Of a DNA stretch of 64,000 bases, positions 28,686 through 38,509 are shown one piece after another (the stretch's first letter is position 1; each line of letters starts with the position of its first letter). Origin of the DNA: Candidatus Latescibacterota bacterium (GTDB lineage Bacteria > Latescibacterota > UBA2968 > UBA8231). Under the pieces are notes generated by a model. That model made no database searches, had not been told where the DNA came from, and saw only the letters and a program-made list of their open reading frames with translations. A program made the position numbers and the translations under genes. The stretch spans positions 3,200,001-3,264,000 of the forward strand of contig OZ242005.1 of the NCBI GenBank assembly GCA_965204725.1. Direction: 5' to 3'.

Positions 28686-30236
28686 ATGAAAGCCAAGCGG
28701 AAACTGCCCATCGGCATTCAAACCTTCCGCGAGATTCGCGAGGACAACTGCTACTACGTCGATAAGACCGCCTTCATCCGGCGACTAGTGGACGAAGGCA
28801 AGCACTACTTCCTCTCCCGCCCGCGTCGGTTCGGCAAGAGCCTCTTGGTCGATACGCTCAAGGAGCTGTTCGAGGGCAACGCGCCGCTGTTTGAGGGGCT
28901 GGCTATTTATGACCACTGGGACTGGTCGGTTCGCTATCCGGTGGTACGACTTGACTTCAGCAGCGGAAACTACGTGGAGCCGGGCTATCTACAGACCAAT
29001 CTGATGGCGCAATTGGCCGCGATTGAACGCCGGGCTCAAGTAGCTTGCGAGCAGACCACTGCGCCGGAACGTCTCGCCCATCTGATCGAGGTGCTGCACG
29101 AGCAGACCGGGCAGCGGGTGGCCATTTTGGTCGATGAATACGACAAGCCGATCTTGGATGCGCTGGAGGAGCCGGCCGTTGCCCGCGCCAACCGCAACTT
29201 TCTGCGCGGGCTGTATGCGACGATTAAGTTCGCCGACGCGCACGTCAAGTTCACCTTGCTGACCGGGGTGAGCAAATTTTCCAAGGTCAGCTTGTTTTCG
29301 GGGCTCAACAATCTCAGGGACATCACCATAGCTCCGCGTTACTCGGCTATCTGCGGCTACACGGATGCGGACTTGGACGCTGTGTTCGCGCCGGAGTTGC
29401 CCGGCTTGGATCGGGACGCGATCCGCGCTTGGTACAACGGCTACAACTGGCTGGGCGACGAGAAGGTGTACAACCCCTTCGACATTCTCCTGCTGTTTGC
29501 CGAGCGCAAGTTCGGTGCGTACTGGTTCGAGACGGGTACGCCGACGTTTCTGCTTGAGACACTGGTGGAGCGCGGCGTTGGTTCTTTGGCACTCGACGGG
29601 ATGCGCGGTGGTGACGCGCTGCTTTCGACCTTCGACGTGGATCACATTGCGACCGAGGCGCTGTTGTTCCAAACCGGCTACCTGACCATCCAAGCCGAAG
29701 AAGACCGCGGCGGCCACCGCTTCTACCGCTTGGGCTATCCCAACCGCGAGGTGCGGCAGAGCCTGAACGAGTGCCTGCTCAACCGCTTGGCCGAAGACCC
29801 CTCGCGCCAAGTGCAGCACAGCATCCGCTTGTACGACCTGCTGCTGGTCAACGACTTTGCGGGCTTGGAGGAGCTATTGCAGGCGTTTTTCGCCGGCATC
29901 CCCTATCAGTGGCACATCAAAAACAACATCGCCGATTACGAGGGGTACTACGCCAGCGTGTTCTACTCCTACTTTGCGTCGTTGGGGTTGGACCTGACGG
30001 TGGAGGACAGCAGCAGTCGCGGTCGTTTGGACTTGGCGTTGGTTTTCAACAGCCACGTGTATCTGTTTGAGTTCAAGGTGGTGGAGGCCGCTTCGTCTGG
30101 CGCGGGACTGGCTCAGTTGCGGGAACGAGAGTATGCGGCCAAGTATGGCGATTTGGGTTGGCCGATTTACCTGATCGGGGTATCGTTCAGCAAAAAGACC
30201 CGCAACGTGGCCGCCTTTGAGGTGGAGCAGGCGTGA
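28686..30236 (+). CDS. AAA-ATPase-like + PD-(D/E)XK nuclease, copy 2
   Basis: Same motifs as copy 1; SD AAGGAGGT; TATAAT at 28642-28647 upstream. Confidence 0.9.
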   Translation: MKAKRKLPIGIQTFREIREDNCYYVDKTAFIRRLVDEGKHYFLSRPRRFGKSLLVDTLKELFEGNAPLFEGLAIYDHWDWSVRYPVVRLDFSSGNYVEPGYLQTNLMAQLAAIERRAQVACEQTTAPERLAHLIEVLHEQTGQRVAILVDEYDKPILDALEEPAVARANRNFLRGLYATIKFADAHVKFTLLTGVSKFSKVSLFSGLNNLRDITIAPRYSAICGYTDADLDAVFAPELPGLDRDAIRAWYNGYNWLGDEKVYNPFDILLLFAERKFGAYWFETGTPTFLLETLVERGVGSLALDGMRGGDALLSTFDVDHIATEALLFQTGYLTIQAEEDRGGHRFYRLGYPNREVRQSLNECLLNRLAEDPSRQVQHSIRLYDLLLVNDFAGLEELLQAFFAGIPYQWHIKNNIADYEGYYASVFYSYFASLGLDLTVEDSSSRGRLDLALVFNSHVYLFEFKVVEAASSGAGLAQLREREYAAKYGDLGWPIYLIGVSFSKKTRNVAAFEVEQA

Positions 30237-30382
30237 GGATTGTGTGCGTGGTACTAATGACGACCGGAAGGGTATTGAATACGACTTCACAACCCGGATA
30301 CGGTCCTTTACGTTCTAGCCGAGTCCACGCCAGACCCGTTGGTTGAGGTGAACGGGTGCGTCGCCTCGGAAAGGAGTGGGAC

Positions 30383-31939
30383 ATGCAGGCCAAGCGGAAA
30401 CTACCCATCGGCATTCAGACTTTCCGCGAGATTCGCGAGGACAACTGCTACTACGTCGATAAGACCGCCTTCATCCGGCGGCTGGTGGACGAAGGCAAGC
30501 ACTACTTTCTCTCTCGCCCGCGTCGGTTTGGCAAGAGCCTCTTGGTTGATACGCTCAAGGAGCTGTTCGAGGGCAGTGAGGAACTGTTCGAGGGGCTAGC
30601 CATCCACGACGGCTGGGACTGGTCGGTTCGCTATCCGGTGGTACGGCTCGACTTTAGCAGCGGAAACTACATGGAGCCGGACTACCTGCAGACCAATCTG
30701 ATGGAGCAATTGACCGCCATTGAACGTCGGGAGCAGGTGACCGCCGAGTACGCGACAGCACCGGGACGTTTTGCCCATCTGATCGAGGTGCTGCACGAGC
30801 AGACCGGGCAGCGGGTGGCCATCTTGGTCGATGAATACGACAAGCCGATCTTGGACGCGCTGGAGGAGCCGGCCGTTGCCCGCGCCAACCGCAACTTTCT
30901 GCGCGGGCTGTATGCGACGATTAAGTTCGCCGACGCGCACGTCAAGTTCACCTTGCTGACCGGGGTGAGCAAATTTTCCAAGGTCAGCTTGTTTTCGGGG
31001 CTCAACAATCTCAGGGACATCACCCTCGCTCCGCGTTACTCGGCTATCTGCGGCTACACGGATGCGGACTTGGACCGGGTGTTCGCGCCGGAGTTGCCCG
31101 GCTTGGACCGGGACGCGATTCGCGCTTGGTACAACGGCTACAACTGGCTGGGCGACGAGAAGGTGTACAACCCCTTTGACATTCTCCTGTTGTTTGCCGA
31201 GCGCAAGTTCGGTGCGTACTGGTTCGAGACGGGTACGCCGACGTTTCTGCTTGAGACACTGGTGGAGCGTGGCGTCAGCACCTTGGCACTTGACGGGATG
31301 CGCGGGGGCGACGAGTTGCTTTCGACCTTCGACGTCGATCACATTGCCCCCGAGGCGCTGTTGTTCCAGACCGGCTACCTGACGATTCAAGGCGAAGAAG
31401 ACCTCGGTGGGGAAATGTACTATCAACTAGGCTATCCCAACCGCGAGGTGCGGCAAAGTCTCAACCGGAGTTTGCTCAATCATTTGGCGGACAACCCGTC
31501 GCATGGGACGACGTGCAGTGCCCAGCTATACAAACTGCTGCTGGTCAACGACTTTGCGGGCTTGGAGGAGCTATTGCAGGCGTTTTTCGCCGGCATCCCC
31601 TATCAGTGGCATACCAAAAACAACATCGCCGATTACGAGGGGTACTACGCCAGCGTGTTCTATTCGTACTTTGCGTCGTTGGGGTTGGACCTGACGGTGG
31701 AGGACAGCAGCAGTCGGGGTCGCTTGGACTTGGCGTTGGTGTTCAACCGCCACGTGTATCTGTTTGAGTTCAAGGTGGAGGAGAACGCTTCGTCTGGCGC
31801 GGGACTGGCTCAGTTGCGGGAACGAGAGTATGCGGCCAAGTATGGCGGTTTGGGCTGGCCGATTTACCTGATTGGGGTGTCGTTCAGCAAAAAGACCCGC
31901 AATGTGGTTGCCTTTGAGGTGGAGCAGGCGGAGGATTGA
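30383..31939 (+). CDS. AAA-ATPase-like + PD-(D/E)XK nuclease, copy 3
   Basis: Same motifs; SD AAGGAG; loss of one T at the stop extends the protein by ED. Confidence 0.9.
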   Translation: MQAKRKLPIGIQTFREIREDNCYYVDKTAFIRRLVDEGKHYFLSRPRRFGKSLLVDTLKELFEGSEELFEGLAIHDGWDWSVRYPVVRLDFSSGNYMEPDYLQTNLMEQLTAIERREQVTAEYATAPGRFAHLIEVLHEQTGQRVAILVDEYDKPILDALEEPAVARANRNFLRGLYATIKFADAHVKFTLLTGVSKFSKVSLFSGLNNLRDITLAPRYSAICGYTDADLDRVFAPELPGLDRDAIRAWYNGYNWLGDEKVYNPFDILLLFAERKFGAYWFETGTPTFLLETLVERGVSTLALDGMRGGDELLSTFDVDHIAPEALLFQTGYLTIQGEEDLGGEMYYQLGYPNREVRQSLNRSLLNHLADNPSHGTTCSAQLYKLLLVNDFAGLEELLQAFFAGIPYQWHTKNNIADYEGYYASVFYSYFASLGLDLTVEDSSSRGRLDLALVFNRHVYLFEFKVEENASSGAGLAQLREREYAAKYGGLGWPIYLIGVSFSKKTRNVVAFEVEQAED

Positions 31940-31997
31940 GACGCAACGGAAAAGGGCACCTACCGTGCCTATAACGCATAAGAAACAGAGGTCGGAC

Positions 31998-33548
31998 ATG
32001 CAGGCCAAGCGAAAACTACCCATCGGCATTCAGACCTTCCGCAAAATTCGCGAGGACAACTGCTACTACGTTGACAAGACCGCCTTCATCCGGCGACTGG
32101 TGGACGAAGGCACCCATTACTTCCTGTCTCGCCCGCGTCGGTTCGGCAAGAGCCTCTTGGTCGATACGCTCAAGGAGTTGTTCGAGGGCAGTGAGGAACT
32201 GTTCGAGGGGCTAGCCATCCACGACGGCTGGGACTGGTCGGTTCGCTATCCGGTGGTACGACTTGACTTTAGCAGCGGAAACTACGTGGAGCCGGGCTAT
32301 CTACAGACCAATCTGATGGCGCAATTGGCCGCGATTGAACGCCGGGCTCAAGTAGCTTGCGAGCAGACCACTGCGCCGGAACGTCTCGCCCATCTGATCG
32401 AGGTGCTGCACGAGCAAACCGGGCAGCGGGTGGTCGTGCTGGTTGATGAATACGACAAGCCGATCTTGGATGCGCTGGAGGAGCCGGCCGTTGCCCGCGC
32501 CAACCGCAACTTTCTGCGCGGGCTGTATGCGACGATTAAGTTCGCCGACGCGCACGTCAAGTTCACTCTGCTGACGGGGGTGAGCAAATTCTCCAAGGTC
32601 AGCTTGTTTTCGGGGCTTAACAACCTCACCGACATCACCCTCGCTCCGCGTTACTCGGCTATCTGCGGCTACACGGATGCGGCCTTGGATCGGGTGTTCG
32701 CGCCGGAGTTGCCCGGCTTGGACCGGGACGCGATTCGCGCTTGGTACAACGGCTACAACTGGCTGGGCGACGAGAAGGTGTACAACCCCTTCGACATCCT
32801 GCTGCTGTTCTTCAATCGCAAGTTCGGTGCGTACTGGTTCGAGACGGGTACGCCGACGTTTCTGCTTGAGACGCTGGTGACTCGCGGCGTCAGCACCTTG
32901 GCACTTGACGGGATGCGCGGCGGCGACGAGTTGCTTTCGACCTTCGACGTGGAGCACATTGCGACCGAGGCGCTGTTGTTCCAGACTGGCTACCTGACGA
33001 TTCAAGGTGAAGAAGACCTCGGTGGGGAAACGTACTACCAACTAGGCTATCCCAACCGCGAGGTGCGGCAAAGTCTCAACCGGAGTTTGCTCAATCATTT
33101 GGCGGACAACCCGTCGCATGGGACGACGTGCAGTGCCCAGCTATACAAACTGCTGCTGGTCAACGACTTTGCGGGCTTGGAGGAGCTATTGCAGGCGTTT
33201 TTCGCCGGCATCCCCTATCAGTGGCATACCAAAAACAACATCGCCGATTACGAGGGGTACTACGCCAGCGTGTTCTATTCGTACTTTGCGTCGTTGGGGT
33301 TGGACCTGACGGTGGAGGACAGCAGCAGTCGGGGTCGCTTGGACTTGGCGTTGGTGTTCAACCGCCACGTGTATCTGTTTGAGTTCAAGGTGGAGGAGGC
33401 CGCTTCGTCTGGCGCGGGACTGGCTCAGTTGCGAGAACGAGAGTATGCGGCCAAGTATGGCGGTTTGGGTTGGCCGATTTACCTGATCGGGGTGTCGTTC
33501 AGCAAGACGACCCGCAACGTGGCCGCCTTTGAGGTGGAGCAGGGGTGA
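31998..33548 (+). CDS. AAA-ATPase-like + PD-(D/E)XK nuclease, copy 4
   Basis: Same motifs; SD GAGGT. Confidence 0.9.
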   Translation: MQAKRKLPIGIQTFRKIREDNCYYVDKTAFIRRLVDEGTHYFLSRPRRFGKSLLVDTLKELFEGSEELFEGLAIHDGWDWSVRYPVVRLDFSSGNYVEPGYLQTNLMAQLAAIERRAQVACEQTTAPERLAHLIEVLHEQTGQRVVVLVDEYDKPILDALEEPAVARANRNFLRGLYATIKFADAHVKFTLLTGVSKFSKVSLFSGLNNLTDITLAPRYSAICGYTDAALDRVFAPELPGLDRDAIRAWYNGYNWLGDEKVYNPFDILLLFFNRKFGAYWFETGTPTFLLETLVTRGVSTLALDGMRGGDELLSTFDVEHIATEALLFQTGYLTIQGEEDLGGETYYQLGYPNREVRQSLNRSLLNHLADNPSHGTTCSAQLYKLLLVNDFAGLEELLQAFFAGIPYQWHTKNNIADYEGYYASVFYSYFASLGLDLTVEDSSSRGRLDLALVFNRHVYLFEFKVEEAASSGAGLAQLREREYAAKYGGLGWPIYLIGVSFSKTTRNVAAFEVEQG

Positions 33549-33593
33549 AGATTGTTATCGCACCGCTACAAACAATGGACCGGCATCAAGCCC

Positions 33594-33701
33594 AAAGTTG
33601 TCGAACGCGGTGCGTTCTCCCGCGGCGACACGGCCACCTCGCGGCTGTTAGATGGCTTCGCCGTTGAGGTGACGGCCCTGTTCGAGTACGCCAAGGGATA
33701 G
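33594..33701 (+). pseudogene. C-terminal remnant of a Uma2/DUF820 endonuclease
   Basis: KVVERGAFSRGDTATSRLLDGFAVEVTALFEYAKG* resembles the Uma2 C-terminus (G....S.LL.GF.V.V..LF). Confidence 0.55.
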
Positions 33702-33713
33702 GATATTGAACCC

Positions 33714-33806
33714 GACTTAGAATCGGCTGTCGCTCAACCCCGTATGACGTTTGACGGATACGATCTTTATCCCACTATTATAGAAAAGGCGGCAGCCTTA
33801 TGTTTT
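33714..33806 (+). pseudogene. Fragment of a Fic/Doc (death-on-curing) toxin
   Basis: LESAVAQPRMTFDGYDLYPTIIEKAAALCF is the segment that precedes the HPF.DGNKR motif, which is missing here. Confidence 0.75.
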
Positions 33807-33821
33807 ACCAGAGGAGGAAAA

Positions 33822-35015
33822 ATGAGAATTATAGAGGGTGGAGGGGTCACCGCGCCGAGTGGGTATCGGGCTGCTGGCATCCAGACTGGCGTCAAAGAAT
33901 CGGGCGCGAAGGATTTGGCGCTGGTGTACTCGACGCGCCCGGCCAGTGCCGCCGCGGTGTACACCACCAACAAGGTACAGGGCGCACCGATTGCCATCGA
34001 CCGCGAGCACCTCGCCGACGGCAAGGCGCGGGCGGTCATTCTCAACAGCGGCAATGCCAATGTCTGCAACGGCCATGTCGGCTTGGACCACGCCCGGCGG
34101 ATGTGTGCCCGGACGGCAAGCGAACTGGGCCTGCAAACCGAAGAAGTGCTAGTCTGCTCTACCGGCTTGATCGGCGTACCCCTGCCGATTGCCCAGATCG
34201 AAGCAGGCATCCCGCGGCTCGTCGCCGCGCTGTCCGAAGAAGGCGGAGGAGATGCGGCCGAGGCGATCCTGACCACGGACACCGTGCCGAAAAGCTGCGC
34301 TGTCGAGGTCGAGTTGGAAGCGGGCCGGGCCGTAGTTGGGGCGATGGCCAAAGGAGCCGCGATGATTGCCCCCAATATGGCGACGATGCTGTCGGTGGTG
34401 ACCACGGACGCGACAGTGCCCAGCGGCCCCTTGCAGGAACTGCTGTCGCAGGCCATCCAGCGCACGTTCAACTGCATCACCGTAGATGGCGACATGAGCA
34501 CGAGCGACACGGTGATCCTGATGGCCAACGGCGCGGCGGAAGAGTTGAGCGAGCGCGATTGCGCGGGCCTCTACGAGGGCATTGAATGCGTCTGTCGGCA
34601 GATGGCCCAAGCGATTGCGCGCGACGCCGAGGGGTCGTCCAAGCTAATCACCATCGCGGTGCGCGGGGCCGCGACCCAAGCCGAGGCGAGACAGGTCGGC
34701 ATCGCGGTGGCCAACTCGAGCTTGGTGAAGACCGCTGCGTTCGGCAACGACCCGAACTGGGGGCGCATTCTGTGTGCGATGGGGTACGCCGGCGTGGATT
34801 TCGACCCCGCGAGGGTGCGCGTGGCGCTGTGCGGCACCGACATCTACGGCAACGGCGCAGGTCTTGCCTACGATGCGAGCAAACTGAGCGCGGCCATGCA
34901 GGCCGAAGAAATGGCCATTGACATCGACCTAGCCATGGGATCGGCCGCCGCTGAGATTTTCACCTGCGATCTGACGTACGAGTACGTGCGCCTGAACGCC
35001 GAATACACCACTTGA
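33822..35015 (+). CDS. argJ: Ornithine acetyltransferase / N-acetylglutamate synthase
   Basis: NSGNAN, STG.IG, TTDT, KGAAMIAPNMATML, DGDMST, DPNWGRI; SD GAGGAGG before ATG 33822. Confidence 0.95.
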   Translation: MRIIEGGGVTAPSGYRAAGIQTGVKESGAKDLALVYSTRPASAAAVYTTNKVQGAPIAIDREHLADGKARAVILNSGNANVCNGHVGLDHARRMCARTASELGLQTEEVLVCSTGLIGVPLPIAQIEAGIPRLVAALSEEGGGDAAEAILTTDTVPKSCAVEVELEAGRAVVGAMAKGAAMIAPNMATMLSVVTTDATVPSGPLQELLSQAIQRTFNCITVDGDMSTSDTVILMANGAAEELSERDCAGLYEGIECVCRQMAQAIARDAEGSSKLITIAVRGAATQAEARQVGIAVANSSLVKTAAFGNDPNWGRILCAMGYAGVDFDPARVRVALCGTDIYGNGAGLAYDASKLSAAMQAEEMAIDIDLAMGSAAAEIFTCDLTYEYVRLNAEYTT

Positions 35016-35023
35016 GGACCACC

Positions 35024-36205
35024 ATGCCACTTTCGCACCATGTTCAGCGCGTCCAGCCATCGGTCACCATGCAGATTTCGGCCCGCGCCGCGGCCATGCA
35101 GCGCGCCGGTATCGACGTGATTTCCCTATCGGCGGGCGAGCCGGACTTCGATACGCCGCAAAACATCAAAGACGCCGGCATCCGCGCCATTGCCGAGGGC
35201 TTTACCAAGTACACCACCCCGGGGTCGGGGATCGTGGAGCTCAAGGAGGCCATCTGCCGCAAATTCGAGCGCGACAACGGCTTGGTTTATACAACCGATG
35301 AAGTGATCGTCAACAATGGCGCCAAGCACTCGCTCTTTTTGGCGGTGGCGGCACTGGTCAACCCCGGCGACGAGGTCATTATCCCCACGCCCTATTGGGT
35401 GACCTACCGGGAGCAGCCGCGGCTGGTAGGAGGCGAGCCGGTGATCGTCGAGACCCAAGCCGCCAACGGCCTCAAGCTCACCGCGGACGAGTTCCGCGCC
35501 GCCATCACGCCCCGCACCCGGATGCTCTTTTTGTGCTCGCCGTCCAATCCCAGCGGCGCGGTGTACACCCGCGAGGAGCTAAAAGCCCTCGCGGCCGTGG
35601 CTGTTGAGCACGAGGTCTATGTGCTCAGCGACGAGATTTACGAGAAGCTGATCTACGACGGGGCCGAGCACCACTCGATCGCCGCCTGCGGCCCGGAGGC
35701 CAAAAAACTCAGCATTGTGGTCAATGGGGTATCTAAGGCGTATTCAATGACGGGCTGGCGCATCGGCTACACGGGTGCCAGCGAGGAGATCATCGCCGGA
35801 ATGAACAAGGTGCAAAGCCAAGAGGTGTCGCACCCTTCGTCGATGGCGCAGAAAGCGGCCGTTGAGGCCCTCAATGGCCCGCAGGAGTCGGTCGAGGAAA
35901 TGCGCCGGGCCTTTGATGTGCGGCGGCACTACATGGTCGAGCGTCTCAACGCCATAGAGGGGGTGGAATGCGCGTTGCCGCAGGGGGCTTTTTACGCCTA
36001 TCCCGATGTGGCCGCGTACTACGGCAGCCAAGTCCGCGACTCAGTGGCATTGTGCGAGTACGTGCTCGAGGAGGGCAAGGTGGCCTGTGTACCGGGTGCG
36101 GGCTTTGGGACCGCCGAGCACATCCGGCTTTCCTACGCGACCGCCATGGAGCAAATTGAGCGCGCCATGGACCGGGTCGAAGATATTTTTGGGCGTCTCT
36201 ATTGA
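35024..36205 (+). CDS. Class I PLP aminotransferase (aspartate aminotransferase-like)
   Basis: GEPDF, SPSNPSG, SDEIY, SKAYSMTGWRIG. Confidence 0.92.
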   Translation: MPLSHHVQRVQPSVTMQISARAAAMQRAGIDVISLSAGEPDFDTPQNIKDAGIRAIAEGFTKYTTPGSGIVELKEAICRKFERDNGLVYTTDEVIVNNGAKHSLFLAVAALVNPGDEVIIPTPYWVTYREQPRLVGGEPVIVETQAANGLKLTADEFRAAITPRTRMLFLCSPSNPSGAVYTREELKALAAVAVEHEVYVLSDEIYEKLIYDGAEHHSIAACGPEAKKLSIVVNGVSKAYSMTGWRIGYTGASEEIIAGMNKVQSQEVSHPSSMAQKAAVEALNGPQESVEEMRRAFDVRRHYMVERLNAIEGVECALPQGAFYAYPDVAAYYGSQVRDSVALCEYVLEEGKVACVPGAGFGTAEHIRLSYATAMEQIERAMDRVEDIFGRLY

Positions 36206-36252
36206 GAATGCAGGGGCGTCGCATCACCAGCCAAACCTAGGGAGTTTATCCG

Positions 36253-37215
36253 GTGAACAACAGTGGATTTTACCTCGATTTTGAACGCGATCTCGTCGAG
36301 CTAGAAAAGAAAATCGACGACCTAAAGAGCCAAGCCGAGACCAATGGCTTGAATTTGGACGAGGGGGTGCAGAAGCTCGAAGCGCAGGCCGCAAAGAAGC
36401 GCCGAGAGATCTACACCAATCTCAGCCCTTGGCAGCGGGTGCAAATCGCCCGGCACCCGCACCGCCCGTACGCGCTCGATTACGTCGAGCGAATGCTCAC
36501 CGACTTCACCGAGCTCCACGGCGACCGCCTCTTTGCCGACGACGCCTCCATCATCGGCGGCCCGGCGCGGCTGGGCGACACATCGGTCATGGTCCTTGGC
36601 ATCCAGAATGGACGCAACCTCGAAGAGCGGCAAAAGCGCAACTTCGGCATGCCGCATCCAGAAGGGTATCGCAAGGCCCGACGCCTGATGCAAATGGCGG
36701 CCAAGTTCAAATTGCCGGTCTTGACCTTGGTCGATACCTCGGGTGCCTATCCCGGAATCGAGGCCGAGGAGCGGGGCCAAGCCGAGGCCATTGCCCGCAA
36801 CCTCTACGAAATGTCACATCTGTCGGTGCCCATCGTCGTCGCCATCATCGGCCAAGCCTTCAGCGGCGGGGCCATTGGCATCACGGTCGGCGACCGGATC
36901 CTGATGCTGGAACATGCGTGTTATTCGGTGATTGTGCCGGAGAGCTGCTCGACTATTCTGTTCAAGGTGCGCGAGCGCAGAGAGGAGGCGGCCGAGGCAC
37001 TCAAGCTCACGGCCACCGACTTAGAAAAGCAGGGGATCATCGACCGCATCGTGCCCGAGCCGTTGGGCGGCGCCCATCGCGACTGGGACGAAGCCGCGGC
37101 CACCCTCAAGCGCTACGTGCAAGATGCCCTAGCCGAGCTCCAGCCCCTCGCTCCCGAGGAACTGGTAGCCCGGCGGCAGGACAAGTTCGCGGCCATGGCG
37201 CGGTTTGAGGAATAG
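36253..37215 (+). CDS. accA: Acetyl-CoA carboxylase carboxyltransferase alpha
   Basis: [47 protein letters not shown]. Confidence 0.96.
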   Translation: MNNSGFYLDFERDLVELEKKIDDLKSQAETNGLNLDEGVQKLEAQAAKKRREIYTNLSPWQRVQIARHPHRPYALDYVERMLTDFTELHGDRLFADDASIIGGPARLGDTSVMVLGIQNGRNLEERQKRNFGMPHPEGYRKARRLMQMAAKFKLPVLTLVDTSGAYPGIEAEERGQAEAIARNLYEMSHLSVPIVVAIIGQAFSGGAIGITVGDRILMLEHACYSVIVPESCSTILFKVRERREEAAEALKLTATDLEKQGIIDRIVPEPLGGAHRDWDEAAATLKRYVQDALAELQPLAPEELVARRQDKFAAMARFEE

Positions 37216-37225
37216 GGCGCGGGGA

Positions 37226-38059
37226 TCAGGCGCGCCGCAAGCGGTCGAAGAGCCGCTCTAAGCGGTCGAAGACGAGGCGAATCATGTCTTCGTCCCAATC
37301 GCCGTCAATGTTGATCTGGAGCGTGGACTGGAGGGTCTCTAGGTACGCTCGCTGGGTCTCGGTTAGGGGGCGTTCCTGCTGGGGACGCTCCGAGCGTTCG
37401 GAGTTGATGCGTTTGGCGCGTCCGTCGCGCCCGGGGCGCTCCTTGGGAGCGGGCGCAGGTTCGCGAGTGCTGCGATCCTCTTGTGGCGCGGTTGCGGCGG
37501 GGCGTTCGTTTTGCGGCCCGGCTTCGGCGGATGCCGCTTCTCGTTGCGGTGCGCTAGGGGTGCCGAAATCGGCTTCGGCGATGAGGTATTTGAAAAACAT
37601 CTTCATCTTGTTGGCCGAATCGCGCCCCATGCCGGTGCGGTTGCGGAAGTAATCGACAATCGCGTCGTCGCTCATGTTGCCGTCGGTCTGTTCCCACTCT
37701 GGCAATAGCTCCTTATAGAGGCCGCGGATTATTTCGGCAATCGCGAACCGGCGCGTCTCATGCGGGACTAGCCGCAAGAGTAAGTCCGTGGGCTTTTGGT
37801 TGCGGTCGGTCAAGTTCATGGATTCAATGCCGCGCAAAAAGCGGTGAATCATTGACGGGGTGCGAATAATCGGCCGCACGTAGTCGCGGTTGACTTGGTC
37901 GGGGATTTTGCTCTCCAGCCGCGAGAGGAACCGCTCGAACTGCACCTTGGTAATGTAGGGAAACCAAGCCCGGTCCTGCCGGCCGCCGTTTTCCTCCGAT
38001 GCCTCTTCCACTGTCGTCTCAGCGGCGTCTTGGCGTACTTCTTCCATTGTCGTCTCCAT
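37226..38059 (-). CDS. Hypothetical protein with possible DUF5343-like N-terminal domain
   Basis: PYIT..QF..FL......P..V.RDY pattern, low-complexity linker and a helical C-terminus. Start at 38059 or 38047. Confidence 0.6.
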   Translation of the reverse strand: METTMEEVRQDAAETTVEEASEENGGRQDRAWFPYITKVQFERFLSRLESKIPDQVNRDYVRPIIRTPSMIHRFLRGIESMNLTDRNQKPTDLLLRLVPHETRRFAIAEIIRGLYKELLPEWEQTDGNMSDDAIVDYFRNRTGMGRDSANKMKMFFKYLIAEADFGTPSAPQREAASAEAGPQNERPAATAPQEDRSTREPAPAPKERPGRDGRAKRINSERSERPQQERPLTETQRAYLETLQSTLQINIDGDWDEDMIRLVFDRLERLFDRLRRA

Positions 38060-38084
38060 TTGATAAGTTGATATGTCTCCGGGG

Positions 38085-38444
38085 TTAGGGCTGCGAGGCA
38101 AACTCGGCCGTTACAACGGCGGAGATGCCACCGCGCACATTGAAGTCGCCCGCCACAGTCATGCGCCGCGGCGCACAGGCGGCCACCAAATCGTCGAGAA
38201 TGGCGTTCGTGACCGCTTCGTAGTAAGCACCCTCTTGGCGAAAGGACCACAGATAGAGCTTGAGCGATTTGAGCTCAATGCAATGCTGGTCGGGCACGTA
38301 GCGGATGTGGATGGTGCCGAAATCTGGTTGCCCGGTTACGGGACATATCGAAGTGAATTCCGGACACTCTAGCTCGATTGTGTAGTCGCGGTCCGGATGG
38401 GGATTGGCAAAAACCGCTAGGCTTTTGCTCGGCTCGGTAGCCAT
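38085..38444 (-). CDS. queF: NADPH-dependent 7-cyano-7-deazaguanine reductase (type I)
   Basis: [27 protein letters not shown]. Confidence 0.95.
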   Translation of the reverse strand: MATEPSKSLAVFANPHPDRDYTIELECPEFTSICPVTGQPDFGTIHIRYVPDQHCIELKSLKLYLWSFRQEGAYYEAVTNAILDDLVAACAPRRMTVAGDFNVRGGISAVVTAEFASQP

Positions 38445-38509
38445 GAAAATTTTGTCTCCTGAGGGCCTAGAATAGCCAAAGCTAAGATAAGGCCAAACGG
38501 GTGCTTTGG

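Noticed and set aside
26224-33548. Integron cassette array or diversity-generating retroelement
   Set aside because: No attC-like palindromes, integrase or reverse transcriptase; variation comes in blocks and is not adenine-specific.
33744-33821. N-terminal extension of ArgJ
   Set aside because: It is a Doc remnant; a strong SD precedes ATG 33822.
36850-36875. AccA motif GQAFSGGA instead of GEGGSGGA
   Set aside because: The rest of the protein is canonical; probably lineage variation.
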